DNA of 24,954 bases from a virus (lineage: Duplodnaviria > Caudoviricetes): IMG/VR virus record IMGVR_UViG_3300017589_000096, positions 1 to 24,954 of that record, one strand, 5' to 3'. The notes beneath the pieces are model-generated. The model searched no databases. It had not been told where the DNA came from and was given only the letters and a program-made list of their open reading frames with translations. The position numbers and the translations under genes were made by a program. How positions within the stretch are numbered: the stretch's first letter is position 1; the number at the start of each line of letters is the position of its first letter. Below are positions 10,501-17,194 of this stretch, piece by piece.

Positions 10501-12653
10501 GTGGTGTACCCGTGTCTCCTATTAAGAAATCCGGAGGACGTACGTCTTTAGCCTCTAATCTATTCGAGAATATCGGATTAGGTGCACAAACCTCGGTCAT
10601 GGGAGGACATAAGAACTTACTTAAGCTTCACGCTTTAAGGATGGTTAGAAATTATCCTAATCCTATGTATCGTGTATCTGAGGTATGGGCCGTGAAAGAA
10701 GGGGACGATTGGGTACAAAAAGCTCCTGAATATTCAGAAGATCCGGAGGTTTATGCTGATAATGTGGTGAAGTTCGAAGAGGAGATGAAAGAACTTAAAG
10801 ATTTGGGGCTTGCAAATAAATTAGGCGGTAAGCTTAATGTGGGTAGACCGATCACTAAGTACGAAGCAAAAGAGCATGAGATTTTAGTTTACGAGAATGG
10901 GAAACCTTACGTGATTTACATTAACGGGAACCCGGATATCGCAAGAGCCATTAATCTGACTTCAACAAAGCCTTACGACGTAAATATGAATGACGAAACA
11001 GGGAAGGATTACATGAAGAAAATCCTAAACGGAACATATTCTCTTATGAGATTTACAGGTCAAAACTTAACAAGTAGAAATCCTGCCTTTGTGGCAGCTA
11101 ACTTAGTAATGGACTCACAATGGGCTATTGCAGCAGCTACGGCTAAAGAAGGGTCAGATTATGCGAGGAGATTAGTAGGTAATTATATGTCACCTTCGAT
11201 TCATCGTTCTATTATGAGAGGAGTTAGAGGTAAATTAGATGAGTCAAACCCTATAGATAAACTATTTGGGGAGTTCCAAAGAGCCGGAGGAGAAACAGGA
11301 TATTCGGATTTATTCAAGGTGGACGACTTCGAGAAAATGATTAAAGACGAACTTAAGGACGGGGTAGACTGGAGAAAGGTTTACACTTGGTACACAGGGT
11401 CGATTGACACATTAAACAGATGGGCCGAACTCTCTTCCAGATTCTCAACTTTTGTTACGAGTAGAAACTCTGGTAGGGATGTTGAAAGATCCGCTTACGA
11501 TGCGAAGGAGATCACTCTAAACTTCAATAGAAAAGGAACCGGGGCATTCTTAGGTAATTGGTTGAAGTTTGCTTATTTATTCGCTGGTGCCGGTTTACAG
11601 GGAACTTATTCCATGGCCAACTTAGCTTTGAGCAAGAGAAGCCAAAAGAAGATTACGTTACTATTTGCATCTACAGCGATGTTAGGGTTTCTCGTTCCTC
11701 TAATCAACGAGATGTTTTTAGGTGGAGATGATGATGATCTCTATAATAACAAAGCGGATTACGAAAGGAAGAGTAATTTTATGATTCGTGTTCCCGGTAA
11801 GGATTCCTTTGTAAAGATTCCAATCGCTCAGGCTTTAAGACCTTTCTACGGAATAGGGGAATCCATGTATCAAATGGTAAAGGGGAATAGAAACGTTGGA
11901 GAAGGAGTTATGGATATTATAGGGGGATTTGGGATGATGCTTCCTTTCGATCCATTCGGGGGGAGCAGTTTGTGGCCGACATTCGCTCAACCGGGACTTC
12001 AGGTAAAAGAGAATAAAGACTTCTTTGGTAAGGAGATTTATAAAAATGATTCATTCAGTCAATACGATCCTGAATTTAAAAGAGCTTACGCTAATACATC
12101 TCCTATGATTGTGGAACTCACAAGAGCATTAAATGACATAACAGGGGGGGATGAAGTAACTAAAGGTAAGGTAAATATCAACCCGGGTATTGTTGAACAT
12201 CTTGTAGAAGGATATTTCGGTGGGGCGTTTAAATTTCTAAACGATGTAGGAAAACAAGTAAACGGAGCTCATGAGGTATCTAAGGGTAATCCTTATCCAT
12301 ATGATTCAAGAAGCTATCCTATTATCGGACGTTTCTATACGAATACATCTTCAGGAGCCGATATCAATGCTGAGTATTATAAATATGTGAATGATGCCGA
12401 AGAGATTTCTCACAGGGTTAAAAAGTATCAGGATTTAGGCAAAAAGGGAGATCTGGAAGCTTTCGATAAATCTCTCGAACTTATTAACAGTAAAGAGTAT
12501 CAAAATGCTATCTTTGTTAATAGGATGAAATCTCAGATTGACAACGTAAAAAAGAGTGCAAAAGATGCAGAAGGTGAAACGCTTAAGATGCTCAAAGAAC
12601 AAGAGAAGGAGTTAAAAATAATGATGTTAAACGAAATAGAGAAAATACAATGA
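1518..12653 (+). CDS. Giant polyvalent protein (3711 aa), phage ejection/internal virion protein-like
   Basis: Uninterrupted 11.1-kb ORF with InPase, ART-PolyVal, LPD23, two zincin and LPD38-like motifs (listed below) and an Ala/Gly-rich hydrophobic N-terminal region. Confidence 0.9.
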   Translation: MPIDLSKLNVSDTSDIDDIVNELFSEESPKVNTQEPIKEVPGASVPSYQTKPEDVGFENVLDKKGFEQRYNVNPNVLSGRQTDPIQKSIESLREKVGKKTNIGYEVPLGIIGGIASLSSPAINVASRIPWVKDAANKIIPDGIKRRINESEITAATENELRRAERSSNLKGSAINQFGQSFYSGVKDEGSMLTFGLSELDNDITLLHIAKKAEKEGFDNLPEREQDLLTASALRIAAEAANSDEKTAMQIAGMSTAESMPYMLQFLITSPVASLATTPVRAAIKTAAEKAIKSGVNSKLASVIKGAARTAAVATKAGAMSVMQPTMYADAVSRGTGKATLDENGKYAGMEDAESAPVAAYKAFANATVENLSEHSGAMLSGATGSAARALKKVPALGGFISNVQKNNVLSGATKMMKAVGFNGAPEEFFEEQVSTGLNSLIVGDSQFSDFTNWKQQLATLISVGATAGAMTSTGSLMSVPYKKQIKNNYSEATDLVKDYFSPDEFDQFRASLSNMNIDSRPDFISSVAESKGFSTDEVKDLTVFATRQAQYDGYVGAVSDYIEEEKVIAQQEIDRVSNKDMGEIVQVKGFGGDPVNIIGGFVVIDENGFVDKNKSSQTLYYLDENGKRKMTTPDKFGQLIKRLPLSHAYAAEFRKVEDDILIKEENELADEESPEQAQQDAILLAENGNQVETPEGVGTISQVEQDENAAIVLFPNGVSKKFALAILKPAKPNIDPPTSGQGVLIDESKPITSQGEEANPTLQTVESGVSPTQAAPVFPVDKENNIDYSQIQEPEMYAQALQSEFEGDAVSVIDEQIQSAQSRLEKAGKNSDAIKRRRAMKSEQAEVDRLNKVKAILSPSEQVVNEMPLENIGNEEASPSEESNMIDLSQLTEPERRKYVTENSTDPIELADLYDQVKEETEYAQMMPWEAALVGRKVSKDSFIENSDKNNITGAMNKSWFSKDGKGLDVIAAELSEYGIPVTEQDLVNFIISHPGNNVKKRSQLSIDTDRKFKEVVKNLTGQEVGGVDSPSGKLILAGLRAGARSEQERQSMPFDAYTIPDSVLNFFEETGLNPEDFNSFEELGQAVNSEVESGTFVFPLSPTDLQTINNIINHGIEQQADYEQFSTRVEKAGLKRAAQQPVLETTETEAGTEGEKEGIEPTPEEIAEIEAQLEKPKRAGSVIDIINEIATEQNLRDAEKDVNTTPTEAQKEAGNYKMGHVTIQGLDVSIENPKGSQRSGKDDTGKEWSVTLNNTYGYIKGTKGKDGDHVDVFIGDAPSSENVFVVDQVNKDGSFDEHKVMLGFNSLEDAESAYLSNYSEGWTGLGFTSPMGIEEFKTWVSEGVKGVPSSEYIQERSKDVTNEEYPNSPISKDGTIVDSDGNPMTLYHGTTSEKVNSIKDLSPNSAGSNANFNGAGIYLSPTLSDALEYSNGNRDKVYSGTVKFTNPYIHYGISGMSNEEALAETKRLKDLGHDGVIVYGSKEMRKIGADPIEIIAFDQKSITETPAGEELVEDELLFRSKKQKDSNVRDETPLKNGEEYYIRFTETSNEDLERGTSLNFTGLRKKDYSLKAAAEVLDIDKDNLVVVDGVYAEVIDGLNGYKLEAETLDDAIEELENGKYQFYDVGRPVIYVGKYSERGSDQTGDGDAFYPVRIAYDVVSENKTSEADQIKSEAEKNGTFLKASNGKDSNLNEKQWIQVRTKAFKEWFGDWENDPENASKVVDENGEPLVVYHGTGGVFTAFDKEMIGSSFNQDSNGFFFTNNLKSAEEYANSTPWGTTRKNGNVMGVFLSISKPYTSKIDFDPIDEWDNNYESYIDKSKKKKADGIIVKAKKGQSMYVAFEPNQIKSATDNTGEFSQNNDDIRFRDAEIDRLDKEYMDAVESGDMEKAQRIVDQVAKKNGYVSESEYRLSHRAPHMQPNTTPQQRFDESHALSIEDMANGYLNVPDEFFDPRNGAQWYGYDTREGMESYRSLMRAMREVKQQIKDNGEVIDMPKVTVYRAVSKEVKEGSVRNGDWVSLSQSYAKSHGNAWVDGPSRVIKEEVPADQIWWDSNDINEFGVDDGKGYSYKNTKNNKKLNETITRDDEGNIILPSKRFNDRKSDVRYKFMGEKGAANLDKAEEVSIRIDNLAIARKMEDSRMEPKKIKMATGWERGSDGKWRYETSDIKINDKVFGKRNIGGTDVPEKIMLSDIVDDKELFEAYPSLKETEVSMSFDKSENGSWNKPMNWISLYENHFENIYDADSENKKSEINSKIKEIKGSEEYKRELELENELDEKLKKGEISIEGYPEFPAIDSLNPLYVELENAKSEGSVVGYSLKKSARSVLSHEIQHAIQDEEGFATGGSPSGLSKDVFLNKSQKEKIAEIDRLFDKLKNSELPNSNMDEFVKERRKLFDEKSKIYDSLKEIDLESAQYEYYRRLAGEVEARNVESRLLMSKEQRSQSLAESTEDVSREDQIFLESGTSKSIEPIEKEATALADSLNTPIRVIRDINEITNEDKRKEKRMRSAKGWYDPKTGEVVIVLPNAESVGDVQSTILHEIVGHKGLRGLLGDKFEDMMDKVYKHLPKATRKKIMESAVNKYRFDYRTATEEYLAEFVEKDVMEPSIWQKIKSGIKDFFRSIGVDLEMNDADIAYLLWKSKNRLLKGDGPIEVINKVAAGEEAKERFREAAYSDADVLSDELDKSAREAWERLSKDERTVHEIVNETAEVRKGILKYVPTNENVKKSIYELTQGLFDNAVSLRNLQHLVNSVSDQPIESFANPYQFLTTIPARNENKMNTFVKTKFSKIGQAIKELGVPRSTVQIYAYLKHGLERNEYMRAQDVREKGEKLKEAADLRIQAISDSIEAMSRQLETADKKGTDRILAKIEGYNLAIEGVKSELESKKQEYEKSVSLKDYSGVYAVADLFIKKSDDREFTVAQIETAIEEFEKEHDVTKLWEAINGATKWTVQNEFEMGRISKDLRDKLFSMYKYYIPLKGWEEKNANEEWDYISGGGVPVSPIKKSGGRTSLASNLFENIGLGAQTSVMGGHKNLLKLHALRMVRNYPNPMYRVSEVWAVKEGDDWVQKAPEYSEDPEVYADNVVKFEEEMKELKDLGLANKLGGKLNVGRPITKYEAKEHEILVYENGKPYVIYINGNPDIARAINLTSTKPYDVNMNDETGKDYMKKILNGTYSLMRFTGQNLTSRNPAFVAANLVMDSQWAIAAATAKEGSDYARRLVGNYMSPSIHRSIMRGVRGKLDESNPIDKLFGEFQRAGGETGYSDLFKVDDFEKMIKDELKDGVDWRKVYTWYTGSIDTLNRWAELSSRFSTFVTSRNSGRDVERSAYDAKEITLNFNRKGTGAFLGNWLKFAYLFAGAGLQGTYSMANLALSKRSQKKITLLFASTAMLGFLVPLINEMFLGGDDDDLYNNKADYERKSNFMIRVPGKDSFVKIPIAQALRPFYGIGESMYQMVKGNRNVGEGVMDIIGGFGMMLPFDPFGGSSLWPTFAQPGLQVKENKDFFGKEIYKNDSFSQYDPEFKRAYANTSPMIVELTRALNDITGGDEVTKGKVNINPGIVEHLVEGYFGGAFKFLNDVGKQVNGAHEVSKGNPYPYDSRSYPIIGRFYTNTSSGADINAEYYKYVNDAEEISHRVKKYQDLGKKGDLEAFDKSLELINSKEYQNAIFVNRMKSQIDNVKKSAKDAEGETLKMLKEQEKELKIMMLNEIEKIQ
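5120..5550 (+). other. Domain: polyvalent-type inorganic pyrophosphatase (InPase); boundaries approximate
   Basis: PTEAQKEAGNYKMGH...IENPKGSQRSG...YGYIKGTKGKDGDHVDVF...FDEHKVMLGF. Confidence 0.88.
5650..6030 (+). other. Domain: ADP-ribosyltransferase (ART-PolyVal-like) copy 1; boundaries approximate
   Basis: LYHGT...GAGIYLS...A.EY...GHDGVIV...EIIAFD, an H-Y-E type arrangement. Confidence 0.78.
6550..7110 (+). other. Domain: ART-PolyVal-like copy 2 with its typical N-terminal extension; boundaries approximate
   Basis: VRTKAFKEWFGDWE...SKVVDENGEPLVVYHGT...GFFFT...DGIIV...YVAFEPNQIKSATDNTGEF. Confidence 0.8.
7130..7830 (+). other. Domain: third ART-like module; boundaries approximate
   Basis: EYMDAVESGDMEKAQRIVD leader, VTVYRAV...NGDWVSLSQSYAKSHG...DINEFG, ending ITRDDEGNIILPSKRFN. 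Confidence 0.55.
7835..8900 (+). other. Domain: LPD23-like plus zincin metallopeptidase; boundaries approximate
   Basis: FMGEKGA...MATGWERGSDGKWRYE...LFEAYPSL, then HEIQHAIQ..EGFA.GG and LAGEVEARNV. Confidence 0.78.
8950..9450 (+). other. Domain: second zincin-like metallopeptidase (MPTase); boundaries approximate
   Basis: KGWYDPKTGEVVIV...TILHEIVGHKGLR...ATEEYLAE. Confidence 0.75.
11380..12350 (+). other. Domain: LPD38-like C-terminal region with hydrophobic helices; boundaries approximate
   Basis: ELSSRFSTF...AKEITLNFNRKG...YLF, a hydrophobic helix, FVKIPI, NKDFFGKEIY, INPGIVEHLVEGYFGG. Confidence 0.7.
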
Positions 12654-12892
12654 GAAATAAATCTTTAAGCTGTAATGATAAATCCAATCAGCTGGAAAAG
12701 TTAGGAATAGACGTGTTTCTCAAAAGGAAGATCTTTACATTTTCTGCTTTGAGTCGTGTAACCGGAATCAACCAAAGACAGCTTCAATGTTATTCATCAG
12801 GAGTAAAAAAACCTCGAAAAAAACAGATATGCCGTATAGAAGCAGGTATAAAATTAATTGCATCAGAACTGTCCTCTATAACGCTGAAGTAG
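12650..12892 (+). CDS. Stand-alone HTH resembling the C-terminal DNA-binding half of Bacteroidetes HicB-like antitoxins
   Basis: IFTFSALSRVTGINQRQLQCYSSGVKKPR...RIE motif; ATGA overlap with the giant gene stop. Confidence 0.7.
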   Translation: MRNKSLSCNDKSNQLEKLGIDVFLKRKIFTFSALSRVTGINQRQLQCYSSGVKKPRKKQICRIEAGIKLIASELSSITLK

Positions 12893-12924
12893 CTTGATTT
12901 CTTGTTGATAAGTCTGAAGCTATA

Positions 12925-12954
12925 GGGGGGGGTAACTCTGAGTTACCTCCTTTT
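12925..12954 (+). terminator. Probable terminator of the giant-protein operon
   Basis: GGGGGTAAC-tctga-GTTACCTCC followed by TTTT. Confidence 0.65.
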
Positions 12955-13244
12955 GCTTAGGATGATAGAATTATACATACGAAACAAACTTCTATTTGAC
13001 CAATGTTTTATTCAGTTGTTTCAGGGAAGAAATGTTCCTTTTACTGTAATCCAGTATAGCACTTTGCCGACTTTATTTTTTTTCGAATTATTGGCTCTCC
13101 CCAATTCTTAATCAGGTGGTTTTATATTTCTATAATCTTAGCTGTAATATTGCACCTAATCTCAGGGTGAAACTATCGTGCGACTTTCTTTATTTCAAGG
13201 AGTGACTTAATTTGCAAGAAATTAGGGAATTAAATACAATACTA

Positions 13245-13287
13245 ATGCACTATATTGTTCCGTCTAAAGACTTTCAATATAGTGCAT
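13245..13287. terminator. 13-bp inverted repeat downstream of the XRE/HTH pair
   Basis: ATGCACTATATTG-N17-CAATATAGTGCAT; no clear T tail. Confidence 0.45.
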
Positions 13288-13323
13288 AATTGAGCTTCCC
13301 AATCTTCAAATCTGACAATTCTA

Positions 13324-13557
13324 TTAGTAATCTTGTCTGTTTTCTGCGGCCTTTAGGATTTCTGCCATTTTATACTCCACGTTGGATGGTCTTTTGTATC
13401 TTTTAATCTTCTGTTGGTTTACCCACCTTTCGATGTTTGACCTTCCAAATCTTTTGTAGGCCTGATTTTGAGAGAGGAAAACCTTTTCTTCTTTGATTTT
13501 ATGAGCTTCCAGGTACTTTAAGTACTGAAGTTGCTCCGGAGTAATTTCTACTAACAT
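13324..13557 (-). CDS. Small excisionase/winged-HTH-like DNA-binding protein
   Basis: LSQNQAYKRFGRSNIERWV...Y pattern; starts 2 nt after the XRE stop. Confidence 0.7.
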   Translation of the reverse strand: MLVEITPEQLQYLKYLEAHKIKEEKVFLSQNQAYKRFGRSNIERWVNQQKIKRYKRPSNVEYKMAEILKAAENRQDY

Positions 13558-13559
13558 AA

Positions 13560-13847
13560 TTATAAATTTGATTTAACGGTGTTTAAAAGGTTTTCTAAAG
13601 CTTCTTTACTATCGATTTTATAAGTTAATCCCTTGTATTGAACAAGGCCGTAAAGTTCATTATTGGGTGCTGCAAATAACTCTGTGATCGTAACATTTAA
13701 TGCTTTAGCTACTTTTTCCAGAGTGCCAACTGTTGGATTTCCTCTCAAAGACGCACGTAATGCTATATCAGTAACCCCAATTTTATCTGCCAATTCTTTT
13801 TGCAAAATACCTTTTTCCTTGCAAATTTCTTTAATTCTTAATTCCAT
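13560..13847 (-). CDS. XRE-family HTH transcriptional regulator
   Basis: LRIKEICKEKGILQKELADKIGV...GNPTVGTLEKVAKALNV..ELF. Confidence 0.92.
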   Translation of the reverse strand: MELRIKEICKEKGILQKELADKIGVTDIALRASLRGNPTVGTLEKVAKALNVTITELFAAPNNELYGLVQYKGLTYKIDSKEALENLLNTVKSNL

Positions 13848-13873
13848 AATATTAAATATTTGGTTTAATAGTA

Positions 13874-13904
13874 CAAAAATACTATATATTACAACATAAA
13901 CAAA
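13874..13904 (-). promoter_or_regulatory. Bacteroidetes housekeeping-sigma promoter for the XRE gene
   Basis: Minus strand TTTG-N19-TATTTTTG. Confidence 0.7.
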
Positions 13905-14022
13905 TGTTATAGTGTTTAGTTTTTGTGTTAAATAAATGTTAAATATTATTGTTGTATAATGTAAAGCAAATAATATGTATTATGTTTGCATTCGTAAACA
14001 AATAATAAAGCATTTATATATT

Positions 14023-14289
14023 ATGAAAGCAACATTCAACAAATCACGAATTATGAAATCAGCTTGGGCGATGTTCAAGGCGGGTAAATCGTATCGCAGG
14101 CATGTATTCACGTTTGGCGAATGTCTGAAGGCTGCATGGGCTGATGAGCGAATGAAAGTTGATAAGATGGACCGTCTAATGAGATTGCGCGAGAAAATGC
14201 CTGAGAGAGCCTACAATCCAATAAGCATTAATCAGCTGTCTGATACTTTAGTGAATTATTATACATACAACACCTTTAATAATGATTGA
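14023..14289 (+). CDS. Phage-type hypothetical protein divergent from XRE (start moved to ATG 14023)
   Basis: MKATFNKSRIMKSAW...FGECLKAAW, a pattern I recall from Bacteroidales phage ORFs beside XRE genes; TATGTTTG -7 box at 13981..13988. Confidence 0.75.
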   Translation: MKATFNKSRIMKSAWAMFKAGKSYRRHVFTFGECLKAAWADERMKVDKMDRLMRLREKMPERAYNPISINQLSDTLVNYYTYNTFNND

Positions 14290-14445
14290 TATGGATACGA
14301 AAACTGTTTTCAGATTGCTTTTCAGTCTGATTTTATTAATGATGTTCTGTGGTAACCCGGCTACCTTGCTAATTTCTCTTTCATCCTTTGCTTGGAGTTG
14401 CCAGAAGTTAATTTCATAATACTTAAACAATTTAATTATAAAACC

Positions 14446-14703
14446 ATGAATACAGAATTAAAAAACACTAGAGAATTTATTGTAGATGAAAATTCAATGT
14501 CTCTTGAATCAAAATGTAAGAAATTGGAAGAGAAGATTCGCAAATTAGAGGAACTGAACATCACACTTATGCAATGCTATATTAAGGCTCAAAATAGCGC
14601 ATTTAATTATTCGGAGAGAGCTGATTCACTGCAAAAAGAACTTGATGAAATAAAATACCCATGTTCTCAAAGGGTTAGACATCTTCAAATATTAAGAGGA
14701 TAA
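14446..14703 (+). CDS. Coiled-coil hypothetical protein (start moved to ATG 14446)
   Basis: Heptad-like LESKCKKLEEKIRKLEELN, AT-rich leader, hairpin immediately downstream. Confidence 0.7.
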   Translation: MNTELKNTREFIVDENSMSLESKCKKLEEKIRKLEELNITLMQCYIKAQNSAFNYSERADSLQKELDEIKYPCSQRVRHLQILRG

Positions 14704-14715
14704 GCGCTGTTATTG

Positions 14716-14755
14716 AATATAGCTGGACCGTACATGGTCTGGCTATATTTGTTTT
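14716..14755 (+). terminator. Intrinsic terminator
   Basis: AATATAGCTGGACC-gtacat-GGTCTGGCTATATT then TGTTTT. Confidence 0.7.
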
Positions 14756-15184
14756 AAGGAGTCTATATTTTGCCAACCCCTACAAATCATTAATGATATA
14801 CTTTGAAAGTACACCCTTTTAAGTCATTCACATGGGGTACTTTGAAAGTACGTCACCAGAAATGAACAATCTACTATTGTCCTAAGAAAAAGATGGGGTA
14901 ACTCAAAGTTACATCATTTCAAATTGAGAAGATTGAAGAAAACAGAAGATGAAACAGACTTTAAACTTCTTATAGAGAATGGAATTAAAGACTTAAAACA
15001 GTAATCAAAAGAAAGTTTGCCTAGCCAATATACACCGGTGGGAGGGATGGGGCTCTAAAAGCTTCAGTGGCTCAATATGAATTATATACAGGAAACGGCA
15101 TTCGTTTTAAATGATAAACCTTACATACAAACAATCTTATACTATAGTATTTATACTTATTTATTACAACAATTGATTGTTTTC

Positions 15185-15215
15185 TTTGTTTTATTGTAAA
15201 ATGGTATTACATTTG
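15185..15215 (+). promoter_or_regulatory. Consensus Bacteroidetes promoter of the TAC operon
   Basis: TTTG(15185-88)-N19-TACATTTG(15208-15), 21 nt before ATG 15237. Confidence 0.8.
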
Positions 15216-15236
15216 CCACCAAATCGAACCAACTCA

Positions 15237-15578
15237 ATGGGATATAAGTTTAAATTTAAGATTACAGATGAAACACAGCTAGAAGATGCATTGTCTGCTC
15301 TTGAAGATTTGGGGAAAGCAAATATAACTGAAATACCATTTAATTATATTTGTAAGATATTGGAATTTGTAGGGGCTGAACTACAAAAAGATACTATTGG
15401 ATCTCAAAAGAGATTTTATCATCCTGACTGTTGTACATTTGGTGGATATTTTGGTGTACATATTAAACACGGAGGAAAAGGTGAAGTCTCTGTTCTCAGG
15501 ATAAATTTTAAAACTTACATATTAAAAATAGCCCGCGAAATTATTAGGATTAACATTGAACGAAGAAAAGCTTATTAA
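15237..15578 (+). CDS. HicA-like toxin of a TAC system (start moved to ATG 15237)
   Basis: IPFNYICKILEFVG...GSQKRFYHP...VHIKH; lies directly upstream of hicB. Confidence 0.65.
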   Translation: MGYKFKFKITDETQLEDALSALEDLGKANITEIPFNYICKILEFVGAELQKDTIGSQKRFYHPDCCTFGGYFGVHIKHGGKGEVSVLRINFKTYILKIAREIIRINIERRKAY

Positions 15579-15589
15579 CAACTAAAATT

Positions 15590-16150
15590 ATGTCTAGAAA
15601 AAGTTTGGAGTACTACAAATCGATAGAGTACAATATTATTGTCCAGCCACAAGAAATGGATGGAGAAAAATGGTATGAAGCCTATTGTAACGAGTTTGGC
15701 GTTAGTGCATGCCATGGACTTGGGGATACTCCTTCGGAGGCGTTAGCGAGTTTTATTGTAGAAAAAAACGCTTTCATTGAATTTCTTTTTGATAAAGGAG
15801 AATTTATCCCAGAAAAAGAAAATTGTACTGAAAACACTGTGAGCGGAGTATTTACAGTTAGAACATCTCCATGGGTTCATTCCTCATTGATTAGACAAGC
15901 AAAAAAAGAAGACGTTTCTTTAAATGCTTATATTAATCAAATATTATGTTATGGAGCAGGAAGTAATTCTATTGCACATAATACGAATGAAAAATTAAGA
16001 GAGGTTAAAGATGTTTTACTTGTGGAGACTAGTAAGATATTAGAGAAAGTGAATGCTCTACACTATGACACAGATGAGTTATTTAACAAGAAGAGAGAGA
16101 ATAAAATCTCTCTTCTTCCTAGTTATGATCATTATTTATTTATTAAATAA
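15590..16150 (+). CDS. hicB: HicB antitoxin (RNase H-like fold plus RHH) with C-terminal extension (putative ChAD)
   Basis: LEYYKSIEY...CHGLGDTPSEAL...SGVFTVRTSPWVHSSL...VSLNAYI plus about 60 extra C-terminal residues. Confidence 0.88.
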   Translation: MSRKSLEYYKSIEYNIIVQPQEMDGEKWYEAYCNEFGVSACHGLGDTPSEALASFIVEKNAFIEFLFDKGEFIPEKENCTENTVSGVFTVRTSPWVHSSLIRQAKKEDVSLNAYINQILCYGAGSNSIAHNTNEKLREVKDVLLVETSKILEKVNALHYDTDELFNKKRENKISLLPSYDHYLFIK

Positions 16151-16157
16151 CTAAAAG

Positions 16158-16601
16158 ATGAAAGACGCTATAATAAAACCAGAAGAATATAAAGAAATTC
16201 TAAAATGTATTGATTTAAAATCTATATCACTCGTTGAATCATCTTTTAAAATATCAGACGAATTTAATCCAGCAGGAAGAGTAAGTTTGAATATGAATGA
16301 TAAATATAGTTTTGAAGAAAAAGACAGCATGATTATTTTTCATACAAATTTCAAATTTACTGGATCAAAGGAAGATTCTTCAACTTTAAAAAAAATGCCA
16401 TTGTTTACTTTAAAAGGTGAATTTATAGCGATATATGAGAAAAATAAAGAAATTCATATAACTGATGATTTTTTTGAAGTTTTTAAAGAAATAAGTCTTT
16501 CAATGATTGTTTGGCCATACATAAGAGAATATATTCAATCTACAATTGTAAGATCTGGATTACCTCCATTCTCTCTACCAGTTAGAAGAATAAATGAATA
16601 A
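16158..16601 (+). CDS. secB: SecB-like chaperone of the TAC system
   Basis: C-terminal IVWPYIREYIQSTIVRSGLPPFSLP; third gene of a toxin-antitoxin operon. Confidence 0.88.
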   Translation: MKDAIIKPEEYKEILKCIDLKSISLVESSFKISDEFNPAGRVSLNMNDKYSFEEKDSMIIFHTNFKFTGSKEDSSTLKKMPLFTLKGEFIAIYEKNKEIHITDDFFEVFKEISLSMIVWPYIREYIQSTIVRSGLPPFSLPVRRINE

Positions 16602-16628
16602 CAAGCATAACTGATGTATTAAATGGAT

Positions 16629-16661
16629 GAGCCTTACCAATCCGGTAGGGCTTCTTTATTT
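16629..16661 (+). terminator. Terminator of the TAC operon
   Basis: GAGCCTTACC-aatcc-GGTAGGGCTT then CTTTATTT. Confidence 0.7.
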
Positions 16662-16908
16662 AATAATAAATTGCATTCATGGACCTTATCCCCTCCTTAT
16701 CATACTCCATTTTTTCCACTTTACGACATGGATTATCATTTTTATAAGATCTTGGAAGTAAATCAAATAGTTAACATAATGAGGGAACTTGTTTTAACAG
16801 AGTTATATTCTGTCGTAATTTAAACATTGTCCCAAAGTTGCATTTTATCATTAATGGTAGTTAATGGATCAATAATAATATAAACAATCTCAATCAATTT
16901 TTAATTGA

Positions 16909-17118
16909 TTATGGTTTTTGCTGTTTTGCTGATTTCTTAATTAATAAAAGTATTAAAGCTAGAGTTTCAAAATAAGCAATAGAAACAGCCCATCCGAATA
17001 AATTATCGCTAACATAAATACCCAAGTATTCCAAAACAGAAATGTTTGCAAAAGAAAAGTATGCCGTTACCCCTGCAAATATCGCAATGGATAGTATTGA
17101 TAGTAAAATGTTTTTCAT
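16909..17118 (-). CDS. Small two-helix membrane protein
   Basis: Two hydrophobic segments and a basic C-tail; own -7 box TATATTTG at 17171..17178 (minus strand). Confidence 0.7.
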   Translation of the reverse strand: MKNILLSILSIAIFAGVTAYFSFANISVLEYLGIYVSDNLFGWAVSIAYFETLALILLLIKKSAKQQKP

Positions 17119-17194
17119 AATAGTATCATAGCAAATTTTACATGGATGCCTTGTAATAGAACTCTATTCGCAAATATATAAATATACTGAATAA

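Noticed and set aside
1518-12653. Giant ORF as crAss-like virion RNA polymerase, DarB helicase/methylase or tape measure protein
   Set aside because: No RNAP DxDxD motif in context (DGDHVD belongs to the pyrophosphatase), and no SNF2 or methylase motifs or tape-measure repeats.
13663-14430. ORFs 13663..13899 (+) and 14248..14430 (-)
   Set aside because: Antisense to better supported genes, with no motifs.
14846-15120. Possible decayed gene
   Set aside because: A ~52-codon open stretch lacks a start codon and I recognise no homology, so it is not called a pseudogene.
16623-16823. 66-aa ORF after secB
   Set aside because: It begins inside the operon terminator hairpin and has no recognisable features.
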